Below are positions 27,411 through 40,977 of a stretch of 64,000 nucleotides of DNA, one piece after another. Origin of the DNA: Tubiluchus corallicola (lineage: Eukaryota; Animalia; Priapulida). Position 1 is the stretch's first letter. Each line of letters opens with the position of its first letter. The DNA lies in assembly GCA_030141605.1 (NCBI GenBank), contig JAQGDQ010000015.1:248001-312000 (forward strand), in the 5' to 3' direction. The notes below the pieces were generated by a model that saw nothing but the letters and a program-made list of their open reading frames with translations, did not search any database and was not told the origin of the DNA. The translations under genes were made by a program, and so were the position numbers.

Positions 27411-28515
27411 TCAGTAGTAGTAATCATTGTAGTGATAATCGTCGTAATAGTAAGGACGGCGGTAGTATCTGGGTCTGTAGTAGCGACGGTAGCGACGGTA
27501 GTAGGGTCGGTAATAGCCGCGTCTGTAGTAGGGTCGATAATATCCTCGCCTGTGGTATCTAAATAGAAAAAAAACAGCATTTTGTAGTGTCTAGGTACAC
27601 TATATAATGCATTAGAAAGACAAATTCAGAAAAACAGACATAAGAAAAGAAAGTTTAAACTTCGTGCTATTAGAAAATGACAAAAAATTTGGATTCTTAA
27701 ATAATAGTTCATTCACATACACTCATCTGTTCGAAATTTTTTATCCATATACAATGTGGCACCTTGCTAGTTCAACATAGTTTTGGCTGGATCCAAAAAG
27801 ATCAACTTCCAGTGAAAACGAATAAAATTTACTCTGGTCGGGATGCAGTCAAGCTATGACGTGCTTATCTACAAGCTCAGTCGCTATCTTAAATGTGAAT
27901 GCGCCTGCCTATTACTCAAGCATATTCACAGGAACCAATTTGTTGCAATGACAGAAATAGGAATAAATTACTTAGATGTACACACTATATAAGCGCTATA
28001 TCGCAGTTAGTGATACTTACGGTCGATAACCACCATAACCACCGTAATAGCCACCGTAGTAGTACGCCTGCGATGTTGCAAATACCTGAAACAGACCAGC
28101 GTTCAAAATACGAGATTCACACTCATTCAAGTATTTCTTTATACTCATTTTGATCACGTCTACCGTCTGTCTGTATGAAATCAGCTAACTAGCATGATGT
28201 TAAACGTTAACCGCGAATAACGAAAGCGATAAAAATTTAGGCGGTTTAGTAGTGACTGCATGTCACCTTCAAAATGAAATCATATTTAAATCATGCAAGC
28301 TTATTTACATTTTGTTTAATTTTTCATTTCTTTGCTAGAACAGCACAATGTGTTTCCTTTCCAAATCTCAGTATTTGGAAGTGACACCAGTCTGTGTGCT
28401 TACAAGTTGTTATTCCATACAATTACTCAAGTTAATCGGTTTACTACCAACAACGGATAAAAGAAAAACTTACACAAGCCAAAACCAAAATGAGGATGAG
28501 AACTTTGGAAGCCAT
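27411..28515 (-). CDS. Small secreted Tyr/Arg/Gly-rich protein, 84 aa: MASKVLILILVLACVFATSQA-YYYGGYYGGYGGYRPYHRRGYYRPYYRRGYYRPYYRRYRRYYRPRYYRRPYYYDDYHYNDYYY
   Basis: Coding exons 28515-28474 (42 nt, phase 0), 28085-28021 (65 nt, phase 2) and 27558-27411 (148 nt, TGA). Both donors are GTAAGT, acceptors are pyrimidine-rich AG, and phases join exactly. Signal peptide ends SQA; synonymous codon variation occurs within the repeats; AATAAA at about 27218-27223. Confidence 0.9.
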
Positions 28516-29439
28516 GTTTGAGGATGATAATCTGTAAAATAGTAAGAAATTTACGAAGTCGAAAAACGCATCCAATATGCGTAAGCGATTTTATAACATA
28601 CATCATTACAAGCATTTTAAATACGCGCATACAAAACAAATAAATGAACGAGCGAACGAAGAAACAAACAACTAATAAAAGAACGGGGAAGTGAACAAAC
28701 GAACAAAAGGAGGGCGAAAGGAAAGAAACATTGGAAAGACAAGTAAAAGGAAAGTACTAGTGGTTATAGTATGTGCTTAGTTACGATAATTAAGCAGCGG
28801 CAAATGCAGTTATCAAATGGATGAGTGACCGCCAGAAAAATGGCTTTGCTATTTCATCTATCTTATTTCCTCCAGGTATTCGTTTCTTTGAAGGAGTTTG
28901 TGTAGGCATCCAAATGATTAAGAAACTTCTGCCAGTTCGCAATTATCTTAGAGAGTTTTCTTTGATAATTAGCGAGATTTCGGTCCCGCCACGTCCATTC
29001 AACATTACCAATAGGCCATGCAGTTGAGTGCTGGCTGGCTGAACGAGAAAAGAACCCGAAGGAAGGAAGAAATAAAAGTCTGTAGGAGCGAAATAATTCA
29101 AAAATCCAAAAGAAACAATAAAAGAAAAAATTATAAGTTGTAACACCGTGGCACTATAAAAAATACTTAAAAAGCAATTTTCAAATCACTAATAAAAAAC
29201 TGAATACCTCATAATGCTGTAAAGAATATATTAAAATTCACTTCGTATCATTTATGTCAATAGATTCATGTTATGTCTATAAAGTCACAATAAATATTTT
29301 TTAATAGTTTGAAGATCCGTTTATTCAAGGACAAGCATGATCATTTTATAATCAGATACTTTATGCCTTAAGAATGATTATCATTTTTACAACCTCTCGG
29401 CTGCTCCAGAAATAACGTCGTTCTTAAGATCCCATACCT

Positions 29440-29800
29440 ATGTATTTTTTGTCTCATTATAACATTCCTTCTTTCAGTTTCTTTTCTTTCTTCTCTCTCG
29501 TTTTTCCACACTCCAACTCCTATCTCATTTGCTCTGCGTCTTTCTTTGTCTGCTTCTCTTTCTGCCACTCTCCTTTTCTCCCCTCTCTCTTTCTCCATAT
29601 CTCTCTCACACACTCACACACTCACTTTCTTTCTCTCTGTCTCTATCTCTGTCTTTCCTTCCATCCTTGTCTTGTCTCTGTATCTGTCTCTGCCTCTTTC
29701 CCCGTCTCCGTCCCCCTCCTCCTCCTCTTTCTCATCCCCATCCCATTCCATCCCCATTCGCATCTCCATCTCCATCACTTCCTCTGATCTGTATTTCTAT
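29440..29800. repeat. Polypyrimidine (CT-rich) low-complexity tract
   Basis: Direct reading. Confidence 0.9.
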
Positions 29801-31199
29801 CTTTAGGTCTATCTAGTTTTATTTCTATTCCATATCTGTTTAGTTCTATACACCACTTAACTTTCATTACAATAAATTTTAATACTGTATCATGCATTTT
29901 TTATTCGTCCGGCAAAAGCATAGTGTTTCGGAAGAAGATAATAGAAGTCATTCGAGTGAAAGTGGTATTTCTCTCCTGAAGTGGTGGTGAGGTCTTAGAC
30001 ACTCTGTCATCTGTCACTCGTCACCCACTCAATTAACCAAATGTTAACCAGAGTCAGAGATCTTCAATTCTTGGAAGTTAGTCTTAAGCTAATCGCTAAT
30101 AATAATTTATTCTGACAAACATACTTCTGCTATTAAAAAAATTAGCCTTTTTAATCAGTGTAAAAGTGGCAGCTCAACTATTAAGTTGTTCAAAATATTA
30201 TCAGCAAAACAGCAACAAAATAAGTTACAGTGACGTTTTTGCTAGGAATTTGAGAAATAATTTCCTGTAGCTTTTTGGAGTCTCCAAATCACCTGATATT
30301 GAATACATTTTGACATCACATCACATCGTATTTGATGATCGCATCGTAAACACTCAGATATATCACATTGTAATCGTTTTGCACATTCTGAGCTTAAAAT
30401 GCCTAAGCTAGTTTAACTATTAATTATCAAGTTCAACTAGGCCTTGTTAAAAGTTTTTATGTGATGATATCTTGCAAGGCATACTTTGTACATCTCCTTT
30501 AACGTCATAGTTTCAACCCCAGCCTCAACCCCAAACCAGTATGCCTCAATTATGAAAAATGCCTACTAAAATTACTAAAAATTACTAAAAATGTTATATC
30601 AGCTCAACTCTTAGTTGAACAAGTTGTAACGTCCATGAAACAATGCGGAAAACCTCGTCGTTTCATTACATGTCATTCTTGTGTGTTTATGAATTCCTTT
30701 TCACTTTCCACTTTTTACAAGTACCCTGGCACTAATGGGACACGAAACGAAGCAAATTTTCGCGACAGCTACCAACGGCTCAAAGTAGTTGTTAATTTCA
30801 GTCACAAAGCACACACAATTATCACTCAACTCTTCCCTCGGCTAGATTTTTTACTTAGAAATTTTTAAACACACATTTTTGAAAACTTTATAGACTAGCT
30901 GTTTTTGTACTGGAAAATACTAAATCAAGCCCCAAAACGGATTGCCTTACAATCTATTAAACACGTGACATGAAAGGCTACAAACAAGCACTTTTGTAAA
31001 AAAAAGACAAGACAAAAAATAACATAAAATCACCAATGCTTCCTTCAGCTTGTAATCAGTCAGCTAAAATTAAGAAAAACATTTATACGGCCTGTATTTT
31101 GTATAACTGGCGGCGTATTTTTGTACGTGTTTCTTCACTTGTGACGATTGCCATTGTGTTAAGCTAATCACCTGCAATCATATTCAAATACAATCGCAA

Positions 31200-31873
31200 G
31201 ACATCTAGGGGCCCCCAAGCCTGACCCTAAAAACATGCAAATTTACAGACAGGAAAATGCGTATTTATTTGGCATTAAATCGCCTGCTAATTTTGGCAAC
31301 CAACAGGGAACTAACTTCCATTCTGAAGGGTTGCCAGCTGCCACTCTTTTCCCTAGATCTATGGATCTGGACTCGGGCCCTCCGAGGTCTAGGGGCCCCA
31401 AGCCTGGCCCTAAAAATGCACCTTACAAACATTATTAATTTGGTATAAAAACGCCTAATAATTCTGGCAACCAACAGAGAGCCGACTTCGATTCTCCAGG
31501 TCTGCCATTCTAAGGGATTTTTCCATAGATCTAGGGTCTAGGGATCTGGACTGTGTCCTATGGATCTAGGCCTATATGGATGGATGATAAAAAACGAGAA
31601 ATCTAGGGATAGTTGACACAATGACATAAAAGAACCTCCTAAAATCTGTATCGCGTTACCTGTGGCCTTATTTCTACTTTGGTGTATCTAAGGTAATTTT
31701 GTAAACAATTTGCTATAATAATAAAGTTCGATTTCGCTTTTCATTTAATCATTTTTTATGTTTTATAATAATTTCATTACTTCAACACTTTTTTTACAAA
31801 ATTAAAAATGGGGTCGATATGGGGCCTTTCATTCAATTTGTCCAAGGGCCCCAGCCTAGTTGCTACGCCACTG
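31200..31873. mobile_element. MITE-like remnant with two diverged ~180-bp tandem units
   Basis: TCTAGGGGCCCC(C)AAGCCTG(A/G)CCCTAAAA at about 31205 and 31388; right end GGGCCCCAGCCTAGTTGCTACGCCACTG resembles a CAGTGGCGTAGC terminus. Confidence 0.5.
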
Positions 31874-32443
31874 GATATCTGTGTGACGCCTGTACAGTAT
31901 AGCAAGTATAGAGATTTTATACCAATGTCGCAGGATTTTACTTACATAAATTATATTTACCAGTATTTAAGGGAAACAATAACAGCTGCCACACGTGAGC
32001 AAAACACACAGACTAAATCTGGCAACGAAAACATTCGAAGTCCAAAGAAGGCGATTTCAACAGTTCAACAATTCAGCTGATTTGTTTGAAGCGAAATAGT
32101 TGAACGTTGCAGCCACAAATTTTCAAAACTCCAGTCGACTGACTATGACTTATGAGCTGAAAAAGGCATTACCGATTTTCTGTTTCATTTTATTTCGTTA
32201 ATGCTAATGTAGTTTAGTTCACAGATCGCGCATAATTTGTGCGTCTTTTGCGATTCTCGTTAACAATTTTTCGGCCTTTCTTAATAGGGTTCTAGTATTA
32301 ACTTTTTGCTAATTTATCCTTATTTCCTTAGACAGTTTCCATATTTCTGTGCAAAATTGTGTGTGACTAGGCTCTTCGTTAAACTTCTAATTTTTATAAC
32401 AAAAGTAATACTATTGAATAAAAGAAAGCACTTTGGGACTTAC

Positions 32444-32510
32444 CTGTTGTTGAAGCTCAGCAGAACGGCTGGGTAGCTGGATGATATCACTGAATGAGGC
32501 CTTTTTATAT
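32444..32510 (-). promoter_or_regulatory. TATA box and short non-coding first exon, probably of the Tyr/Arg-rich protein gene
   Basis: TATAAAAAG (32509-32501) then about 55 nt to a consensus donor CAACAG|GTAAGT (32444/32443); the ATG exon has its own acceptor at 28532. Confidence 0.7.
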
Positions 32511-33421
32511 CACTCTTTTGTCACGATTCGAAGCATCATCAAGGCTACAAAAGGCAGACAAATGGGGGGGGGGTAGATGGTGGAACATGCATATAAAAAT
32601 GTAGCCTGTATGCCATCCCTTCCCTTATACATATAATGCATAAATTATTTTCAGAAAGAAAAGGTAAGCCTAGTATATTTATGCTGAAAAACGCAGTTTC
32701 CTTGTCAAATATAATTTCCGGGTTTATTCAAGCTATTTCTGGACGGCCCCATCTGTAGTTCAAAATTATACTAATGTTTAGCTCTAAGGAGAAGTTATGT
32801 CATGACAGTTTGCCCCGGAGGGTGAACAGGGATCAGGCAAACCGGAGTTTATTGGCATTCATCTTGAACCAAGGTTCATATATAGCTGTCTTAACATCTG
32901 GTTTTATAGCCATTTTTCTTTAATTTATGATTTGTCAAGGTCGCAAAATCGAAAAAAGGAATAAAAATGCAACTCATAATTTTAGTTATTAAGGCGCAGC
33001 TGTTTCAAAAATATCACACTTGATAAATAGTCATGTTAATAGCAAAAAGGATAATTAATCTTTTTCAAAGATAAATTATAATATTTTCTTCAGTAACTGT
33101 TTTGCTGTCAACGACAAATTGAATTTTGATTAAAACATGATTATTGCCTTGTTATGACAGGAAGGTCCATTCATTTTTAGAATTATAATAATTTCAATTG
33201 CTTATTATTAACTGGATATCGATTGACCTTTATCAGAAAGGTTTGGCGTTTACTTCGTGTTTCGTGGTTGTCGTGACATCAGAAAACCTTTAAAGAGCTG
33301 CGGGCTATAATAATTATTACGAAATTAAAATGATAAGACGAGGCAGAATGCGGGGTGAGAAGCAAGTATGGCGCATGCGTTGGCTGTTCTGGTGCTTCGA
33401 CTCGGTGTTCATTTGTTCTTC

Positions 33422-33436
33422 TGAGAGGGAGAGGGA

Positions 33437-33500
<64 letters not shown>
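33422..33500. repeat. (GA)n microsatellite
   Basis: Direct reading. Confidence 0.97.
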
Positions 33501-33502
<2 letters not shown>

Positions 33503-34342
33503 TTTTTTTTAGATTTAATATTTTATTTCAAACTGTACAAAGTTCATATACACATCACAAATTAATACAAATAATACAATAAATTACGACACACAACAAT
33601 AACACAAATAACAATAAACGATATAACAAACTACGCCAATGACGTCTAATTATTAGACGCAGACAGACAGACAGTGAGAGAGAGAGAGAAGGAAAGAGAG
33701 ATAGGACTTTGGGAAAAGAGAGACTTAGATTTAAATTTTCATTTGACTAGTATACAATACACATACACATTACGCACGTTGTCAAATTATATACACACAC
33801 ACGTTTCGAAACAGCAATAACAATAACAGGTTGACGAAGGGTTAGTACAAACCAACCTCGGGATGAGGAGAAGCGTAAGCTTTCGTGCGTCACACCCGGG
33901 TCATGGCAAGCATCAGTGCAGAGAACCTAAAAGCTAGGGATACATTAAAAAACAATACGTGAAAAAATTGCATTAAAACACGTACAAAGTACAAGTAAAT
34001 TCAAGCTGATGATACTAATAATGTACAGTAAAATTTGGTTATTTAAGAAGAACACGGAGCCAAACGATGATCAAAAATATACTTTTTAAACAAGCGCAAT
34101 GGATAGTTTTTGACAACAGTGGGTATTTGTGCCCAGAGTTGAGTACTGGTGTGACGAAATGCTGGAGGAGGCAGATTATGAGACTATTTATAATGAATAA
34201 TAAACACTCAGTGATGTAATTCAAGAATTTTTAAAAATCTACGTGCAATACATATGATTGCGACTTGTTAGTAGCGGATATTTAAAGATTACTCTAATAC
34301 ATCTATTTTGTAACGTTTGTAAAGGTCGTAATGACGTATCAT
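33503..34342 (-). mobile_element. 3' fragment of a CR1/L2-group LINE between two (GA)n tracts
   Basis: LRPLQTLQNRCIRVIF is typical of ORF2 C-termini; followed by an AT-rich 3' UTR ending AATAAAAATATTAAATCTAAAAAAA. Confidence 0.55.
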
Positions 34343-34344
34343 AG

Positions 34345-34530
<186 letters not shown>

Positions 34531-36659
34531 ACCACAGACAGACGATGGATATATCTATGGTTATCCATATAAAATCTGTGGGCTTTGGATACGGATATGG
34601 ATACGCAGGTGACGTTTCATATCCACGGCAACCTTGTTATAATATAAAACCAGAAACCAATATTAAATTGTAGATTGACACTGGCAGATAATTTCACATT
34701 TCATTAGAAATAGGTAGTATATTGTTCGTAACTTTAACCTGCATTATTGAAGAAAGCAGTTGGAAGTTGGAAAAGAAGTCTCCCGTTTTTGTCGCTAGCC
34801 CAAGCCCAATAAAGCCAAAAGCCCAACAGGTGCCTCACCTGTATCTAATAGAGATTATGTGTATGCAAAGTCTCAAGCTTATGCGATTATTTGCAATAAA
34901 ACCTTGCCATTAAAACTTACCAAAAAAGCAAATTTACCATTCTCGAATAACATAAGGCCTATTCTGCAATTTTTTACAGACGTACATGTATTAGTGCCAA
35001 ATCCGTACGCCACTCACGCGCCGCGTCGTTTGTAACAGCTGATACGTCGTGTTTTTCTCGTAATTTGATTGATAAAAAACCCTCGTAATTTCAGAATAAT
35101 GACGCAACCTTTTCATGAAAATACACGTATGCGTCACTTGTGAAAAGACGTGTCATATTTCTTTCAGTTTGATTGGATGGAACAAGGAATGCCTTAGCTA
35201 GACCATCATTTTCTCAAATCCGACATTCAAAAAAGCACGTGTGTATTCAATAACAATATCACGTGTTTTCTTGTTAATCTATCCATGGTTTAGTTGCAAT
35301 TTCATTTGACAAAAATGACGTGCCCTTTTCTTGCTAATGCAGGCATGATTTTCTTGTAATTTAGCTAAACAAAAACTACACGTTCTTTTTTTGCCAATAC
35401 CTGCGTGCTTTCCTCGCAATTTGTTTGGATGAAATCGACACGTAGTTTCAAAATTATCTTTCGAATTTTGTGGTTATCCTCTGTTCTGCCTTAATGATAT
35501 TTGAATGACTTTGACTTTTACAACGTAATGATCTATCTCTGCAAAAATTTTAACTCACGTAACAGGTGCAATTTGGCTTACTGTATTACTGACCTAATAA
35601 CACGCATCGTTTTCTAAAGCACTTTTTAAGGCGGGATCGGGAAAACGAACTTGGAGATTTTTATGCATTCATATTTCATAATAACATAAATCATATTTTT
35701 ATGCACTAAAAACACATCCTTTTAGAAAAAGACGCGTGTTTCGTCATACAAAAAACACGGTGTCCTTTTTGTCTGATCAAATTGCTGTCTAAATCCACTC
35801 AATGCAGTATTATAGAAACAATTTATCTGTCATACCAAGATTGAAAAAAATTGATTGCAGAATTAGGAAAGAATTTTTCATTTAATTTACAAAAATTATT
35901 TTGATAGATAAAATAAAACATCGTCGGTTTACTTTATGCGACAAAGCACTTTACTTGCCTTAGGTCAAGCATGCTCAATGTAGATTAGTGAATTGCATTC
36001 AAACAGGCAAAAATGCCACGTTTAGTATCCAGACCACGTTTCAAAGCAAATTAGACATCCGCGGTGCTCAGGGTATCTGTTTTCAATCTTCATGAAAATT
36101 CGAATTCATAAAACCGGCTAGCAAAAATTGAGTGCCGCAAAAATTACTTACAAGTGAACACTGATTATGCTTTCAGTACAGACAAAATACCTTTAGACCT
36201 TCATTAGTTCAGTAGACTTGTCACGTTTCATTTTTAGATTTATTACATGTGAGCTAACATGAGAAAATTAAGTACACTGCATGAAATAACTCGACATATT
36301 TCTTCAGAAAAGTACTAAGTTCTTGCGTGACATTGACTAATTTCTTAGTGCGACAAGGGGGCTTGAATTTGGGAGACCCTGTTTGAATCTTACTGGCTCT
36401 TTCAAAAACTGCGAGCGGCAAATTTTGAAGGAAACGAGAGCATCCCGAGCCCTGAGATCACGGTTTAAAGCCTGATGACGCTGACATCTTGTAGTCACTA
36501 TGTATGATACTGGGTGTTTTTTAATTACAAACAAAGAAATAGTAATCAAGTTGCCATCTCTAAACGGAGGTAGTTCCTCTTGAAAGGAAGTTTAGTACTG
36601 AAACTGAGAGCCGTCCGTAGCTCTGTGTGTGGTCTTCACTTTCTCAAATGTTTCTCACT

Positions 36660-38168
36660 TCTCACGAACCCTTATAGTCTATAAAAATAAAGGAGGACCA
36701 ACACACTGCCCCGAGAAAAGAATGGAGACGCATTTTTGACGCCGAAACAAGTGAGAAGCAGAAACCAGAAAATGTAGGTTGCACTATAACATTTGACCGG
36801 CGCAAACGAGTGTTGTTATTGACCGTTTCCTTCCACATTTTTAAGTAGCGGGCAGAGCTGTTCTTCCATGAAAATTTTAACTTGGAATATAAGTGCTGTA
36901 TGTAATAAACTAGAAAACGAGTCTGTTAAAGAATTATTGTTAACGTGTGACATCGTATGTTTGAATGAAATCAAAACTCAAAATAATTTTAATTTGCCTG
37001 GATATGAAACATATACTAGTTCATGTAAAAATCGCCATCGTGGCGGCTGTGCATTACTCGTTCGTTACCGGCTAAATTCAGATTTGACACATGTAGACTG
37101 TGGCAATACTGATATGATAATTTTTAGCTTTCGTAATATACCTATTACATTTATTTCTTATTATTTACCACCACATGAATCGCCTTATTTTTCTCTAGAG
37201 ACAATCTCAGTAGTAAATGCGAAATTACGTGAAGACCCAGGGTATTACGTAATATTAGGAGATGATAATGTTAGGTATACCTCATTGCGAAACAGTTTTT
37301 TGAGAAGAAATGGAGAGTCATTTTAATATGTAAACTTGGAGGATAATACTCGCACTTATGTGATCTTAAGTCTTATGTGGTCAAACTATAGTTCTAAATG
37401 GCCTGACAGGTACCGGTTTTCAATTTTCAAACAACATGACATTTCGTAGAAAGGAGCGTTGGGTGTCTGAATTAGACCATATTTACATAACAAATAACTT
37501 AATAGGTGCTGTAAACAATTTTTCGGTGGTAACGGATACTGATTTGCAGTCAAACCATGCGCCTATTATTGCTCATTTAGATCTAAAAAAGGTAGATAAT
37601 AAAGTCTTCAATGCAGAAGATCTCAGATTAAGAGCAAGTTTGCTTGGAGAATATACTTTTTCGTCTGGGAACAAGTTGCTACACCACCAGATAAGGTGGT
37701 CTGACGTAAACCATGGCCAACTCGATCAGTTGTTCAACAATTGCCCCCCACCACCTATAACAGACTCGGTGGATATAAATACTACATTTGGAGAAATCAA
37801 CCAGTCCTTTAGGGCTTTTATTTCCCAGTCAAAGTTATTTAATGCTAACACAAGCGGAGATGCTACTCAACCACTAGCTGTCGATAGGTGGCATCGGTTG
37901 GCTACTGAAAACGATCCCAAAACTATCTCGAAGGTAATTGGATGGAAGGATACTTTAGATGAAGAGGACTTGTCGGAGACGCGCCCAAATGACTCAGAGT
38001 TTAAGGTTCATTTCGAACGCCTGCTTAACCCTTACGAGCAAAATCCAGTTTTAGTTCCGGCAATGAATTTGCCATACATGCCTGTTACTGACGATGATTT
38101 TACATTGTCTGAGATGTGTGAAGTTATTACCGCTATGAAGTCGGATCGCGGTGGTGGGCCGTCGGGGG
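36660..38168 (+). mobile_element. Decayed two-ORF LINE: probable ORF1 end plus APE endonuclease of ORF2, truncated before the RT domain
   Basis: APE motifs ILTWNI, DIVCLNEIK, GGCALLVR, ILGDDN, ELDHIY and SNHAPII across 36868-37326 and 37436-38168; upstream frame EWRRIFDAETSEKQKPENVGCTITFDRRKRVLL; ends at the KSDRGGGPSG pre-RT motif. Confidence 0.85.
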
Positions 38169-38414
<246 letters not shown>

Positions 38415-38510
38415 ACAGGTGTTAACCCAGGTAGTCATAAGGGCCAGTTTAAAATGAATTCAAAGAAGATTACGGTGAAGGGACTCTTGAAAAAATCCAT
38501 TTTTATTAAT

Positions 38511-40977
38511 TCCTTACCTTACCTTAGAGTCTAAGACCTAGGTTTAGACCTTAGTCCTTCCCGTGCGCGAATGCACATTGGGCATACATCATTTTCCACT
38601 GAGTTCTATCGGCGGCTTCTCTTTCGATGTTCTCCCAACGTCTGTTCATAGCCCGAAGGTCTTATTTGAAAGATCTGCACCACGTTGTTTTTGGCCGACC
38701 TCTTTTCCTTTTTCCACCAGGTGGTTCCCAGGGTAACGCTATGTTGGAGTGGCGTTGTTCTGGTAGGCGTAGAATATGTCCAGCCAATCTCAGCCTTCTC
38801 TCTGTGACTATTTCCTGCAAGCGCCTTGACTGCGCCTGCTGTAGGACTTCCACATTGGTAACATGGTCACGGTAGGATATTTTTAGGATTTTTCGAAGAC
38901 ATTTATGGTGGAAGACGTCCAGTTTTTTTGATATCGCTGCTGTGACTTTCTAGGTTTCGCTAGCATAAAGAGCCGTTGGCAGCACAATGGTGTTGTACAA
39001 ACGAAGCTTGATTTTCTTGTCAAGTTTCTTGTTTGCCTAGATTTTCCCATCTTCCTAAATACTGCTGCTGCTTTGCCAATTCTCACCCTGGCGTCGCTTT
39101 CTGCGCCTCCATCACAACTCATCACACTGCCAAGATATGAAAAGCTGGCAACGTTCTCAATCAGTTGACCTCCCACTGATATTTGTGCATCATTTTGCTG
39201 GTTTGTCCACACTGTCAAAACTTTGGTCTTTTCATGACTTATTCTCGGTCCAATTTTTCCCGCTACTTCTGCCAGACTTGTGGTCAATTGTTGCAGGCCT
39301 TCTTTAGATGTTTCCAGAAGTGCTATATCATCAGCAAAGTCCAGGTCTGCCAATCGTTGTTGTTGCTGCTGTTGTTGCTGCTACTGAATTCCTATGTCTT
39401 TTTCATCAACTGCTTTGTCCATGATGAAATCAATTGGCAATAGGAACAGGAATGGTGACATAATGCAGCCCTGCCTTACTCCAGTTTCGATGGTGAAATA
39501 TTCCGTGTTACCCTCTTGCATTTCTATGCAACAACCGCTGTTTTGGTAGAAATTCTGGATGATTGACATGAATTTCTGTGGGATGCCATAAAGTGAGGTA
39601 ATTTTCCAGAGAGACTGCCTGTGAACAGAATCAAACACCTTCTTGAAATCAATAAAGTTGATTAAAAAAGGCTGTTGAAACTCCATACATTGCTCAATGA
39701 TGTTTCTATCTGTTCACAGCATGATCTTCCTTTTCTAAATCCAGCTTGTTGTTCTCTTAGTCTTGCATCAGCAGCATCCCTCAACCGACAAAGGACTTTT
39801 CCAGGTATTGACAGCAGAGTTATTCCTCTCCAATTATTTGTCTGTCTTTGATTGGCACAGCTGGGGTGCCTCCTGTTCCAGTTAGATCTTTGACAATTCT
39901 GTAGAGAGTCTTGGTATCGTTTTGACTGGCTGCTAAGTGTGCTTCTTCACCCTTCTTTTCAAACCATTCTTTCTTGTCCCTTTTGCAACTTCTTTTCACT
40001 GCTCTATCTGCCAGTTGGTACTGCTCATTGGCTTGGCTCTTGCTTTCTAGTGTTTTTGCTTGATCTCTCACTTGCTTGATCATCTTTCTTTCATCTATTA
40101 ATTCCCAAGTTTTTTCTTGTATCCACATTTCTTTCCTATCACCCCTTCTTCTGCCAAGCTGTTCATCTGCCACTGCTTCCTTGAATATTTTCCATTGTTC
40201 TTCAATATTGCTGGCTTGCAGTAGTGGTTCACATCTGTTGCTAAGTGCAAGTTCAAATCTGCTTGCTGTTTGTTGATCTTTCAATTTTTCAACTGCAAAA
40301 AGTTTGGCGATTTTTGGCTTCTGTATCTTTTTCAGTTTGAGCTGGACTTTTCCTTGAACTAAGTGATGATCAGAACCCACATCAGCTCCACGGCACACTT
40401 TAACATCTTTCAGTGCTGATCTCCATCTCTTGCTGATACAGATGTAGTCGATTTCATTCTGGGTATTCCCATCTGGTGATCTCCATGTCTTCTTGTGGAT
40501 GGTCTTGTGGGCAAAATAGGTAATTCCAATGCACAGTCCATTTAGATTGCACAAAATCAGGAAATGCTCACCATTATTGTTTGTTGCTTGAGCTGATCCA
40601 TGTGGCCCAATTACATGCTCCAGTCCGTGTCTGTTGTTGTCAATCTGTGCATTCATGTCACCCATGAAGAGAATGATGTCATGGCTGGGGATGTCATTCA
40701 GCACATCTTGGCATTGTTGGTAAAAATCGTCCTTATGTTGGTCATCTGCATCTTTGGTTGGTGCGTAAATGCAAACAATAATTATTTTCGCATGCCTTGA
40801 TTGCATTCTGGCAGTTATTATCCTCTCGCTGACTGGGTTTCATCCTATCAATGTCTTTGCTGCCTCTTTGTTCAGCATCAGCCCAACACCTCTCTAGAGA
40901 TCCTCCTCTAGTCCTGAATACAGAATGGTTGTTTCTCCACTCTTGATATTTCCACTTCCTGTGCATCTCACTTCCGA
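38511..40977 (-). mobile_element. Decayed, 5'-truncated RTE-clade LINE (APE + RT)
   Basis: YAPT, GDMNA, TWRSPDG..NEIDYI, GSDHHLV; FIDFKKVFDSV, GVRQGCIMSPFLF, DLDFADDIALL, FSYLGS, GKRKRGRPKTTW; frameshifts and stops; short 3' UTR ending (TAAGG)3. Confidence 0.93.

Noticed and set aside
27371-27580. ORF-track Thr-rich 69-aa ORF (and the opposite-strand ORF 27356-27562)
   Set aside because: Alternative frames of the Tyr/Arg exon; only the Tyr/Arg frame matches the upstream exon phase.
31035-31070. Possible extra minus-strand UTR micro-exon
   Set aside because: Good acceptor but weak donor (GTGATT); not needed for the gene model.
38511-38527. (TAAGG)3 as a telomeric repeat
   Set aside because: Not TTAGG/TTAGGG; it sits at the RTE 3' end and fits a tandem-repeat tail.
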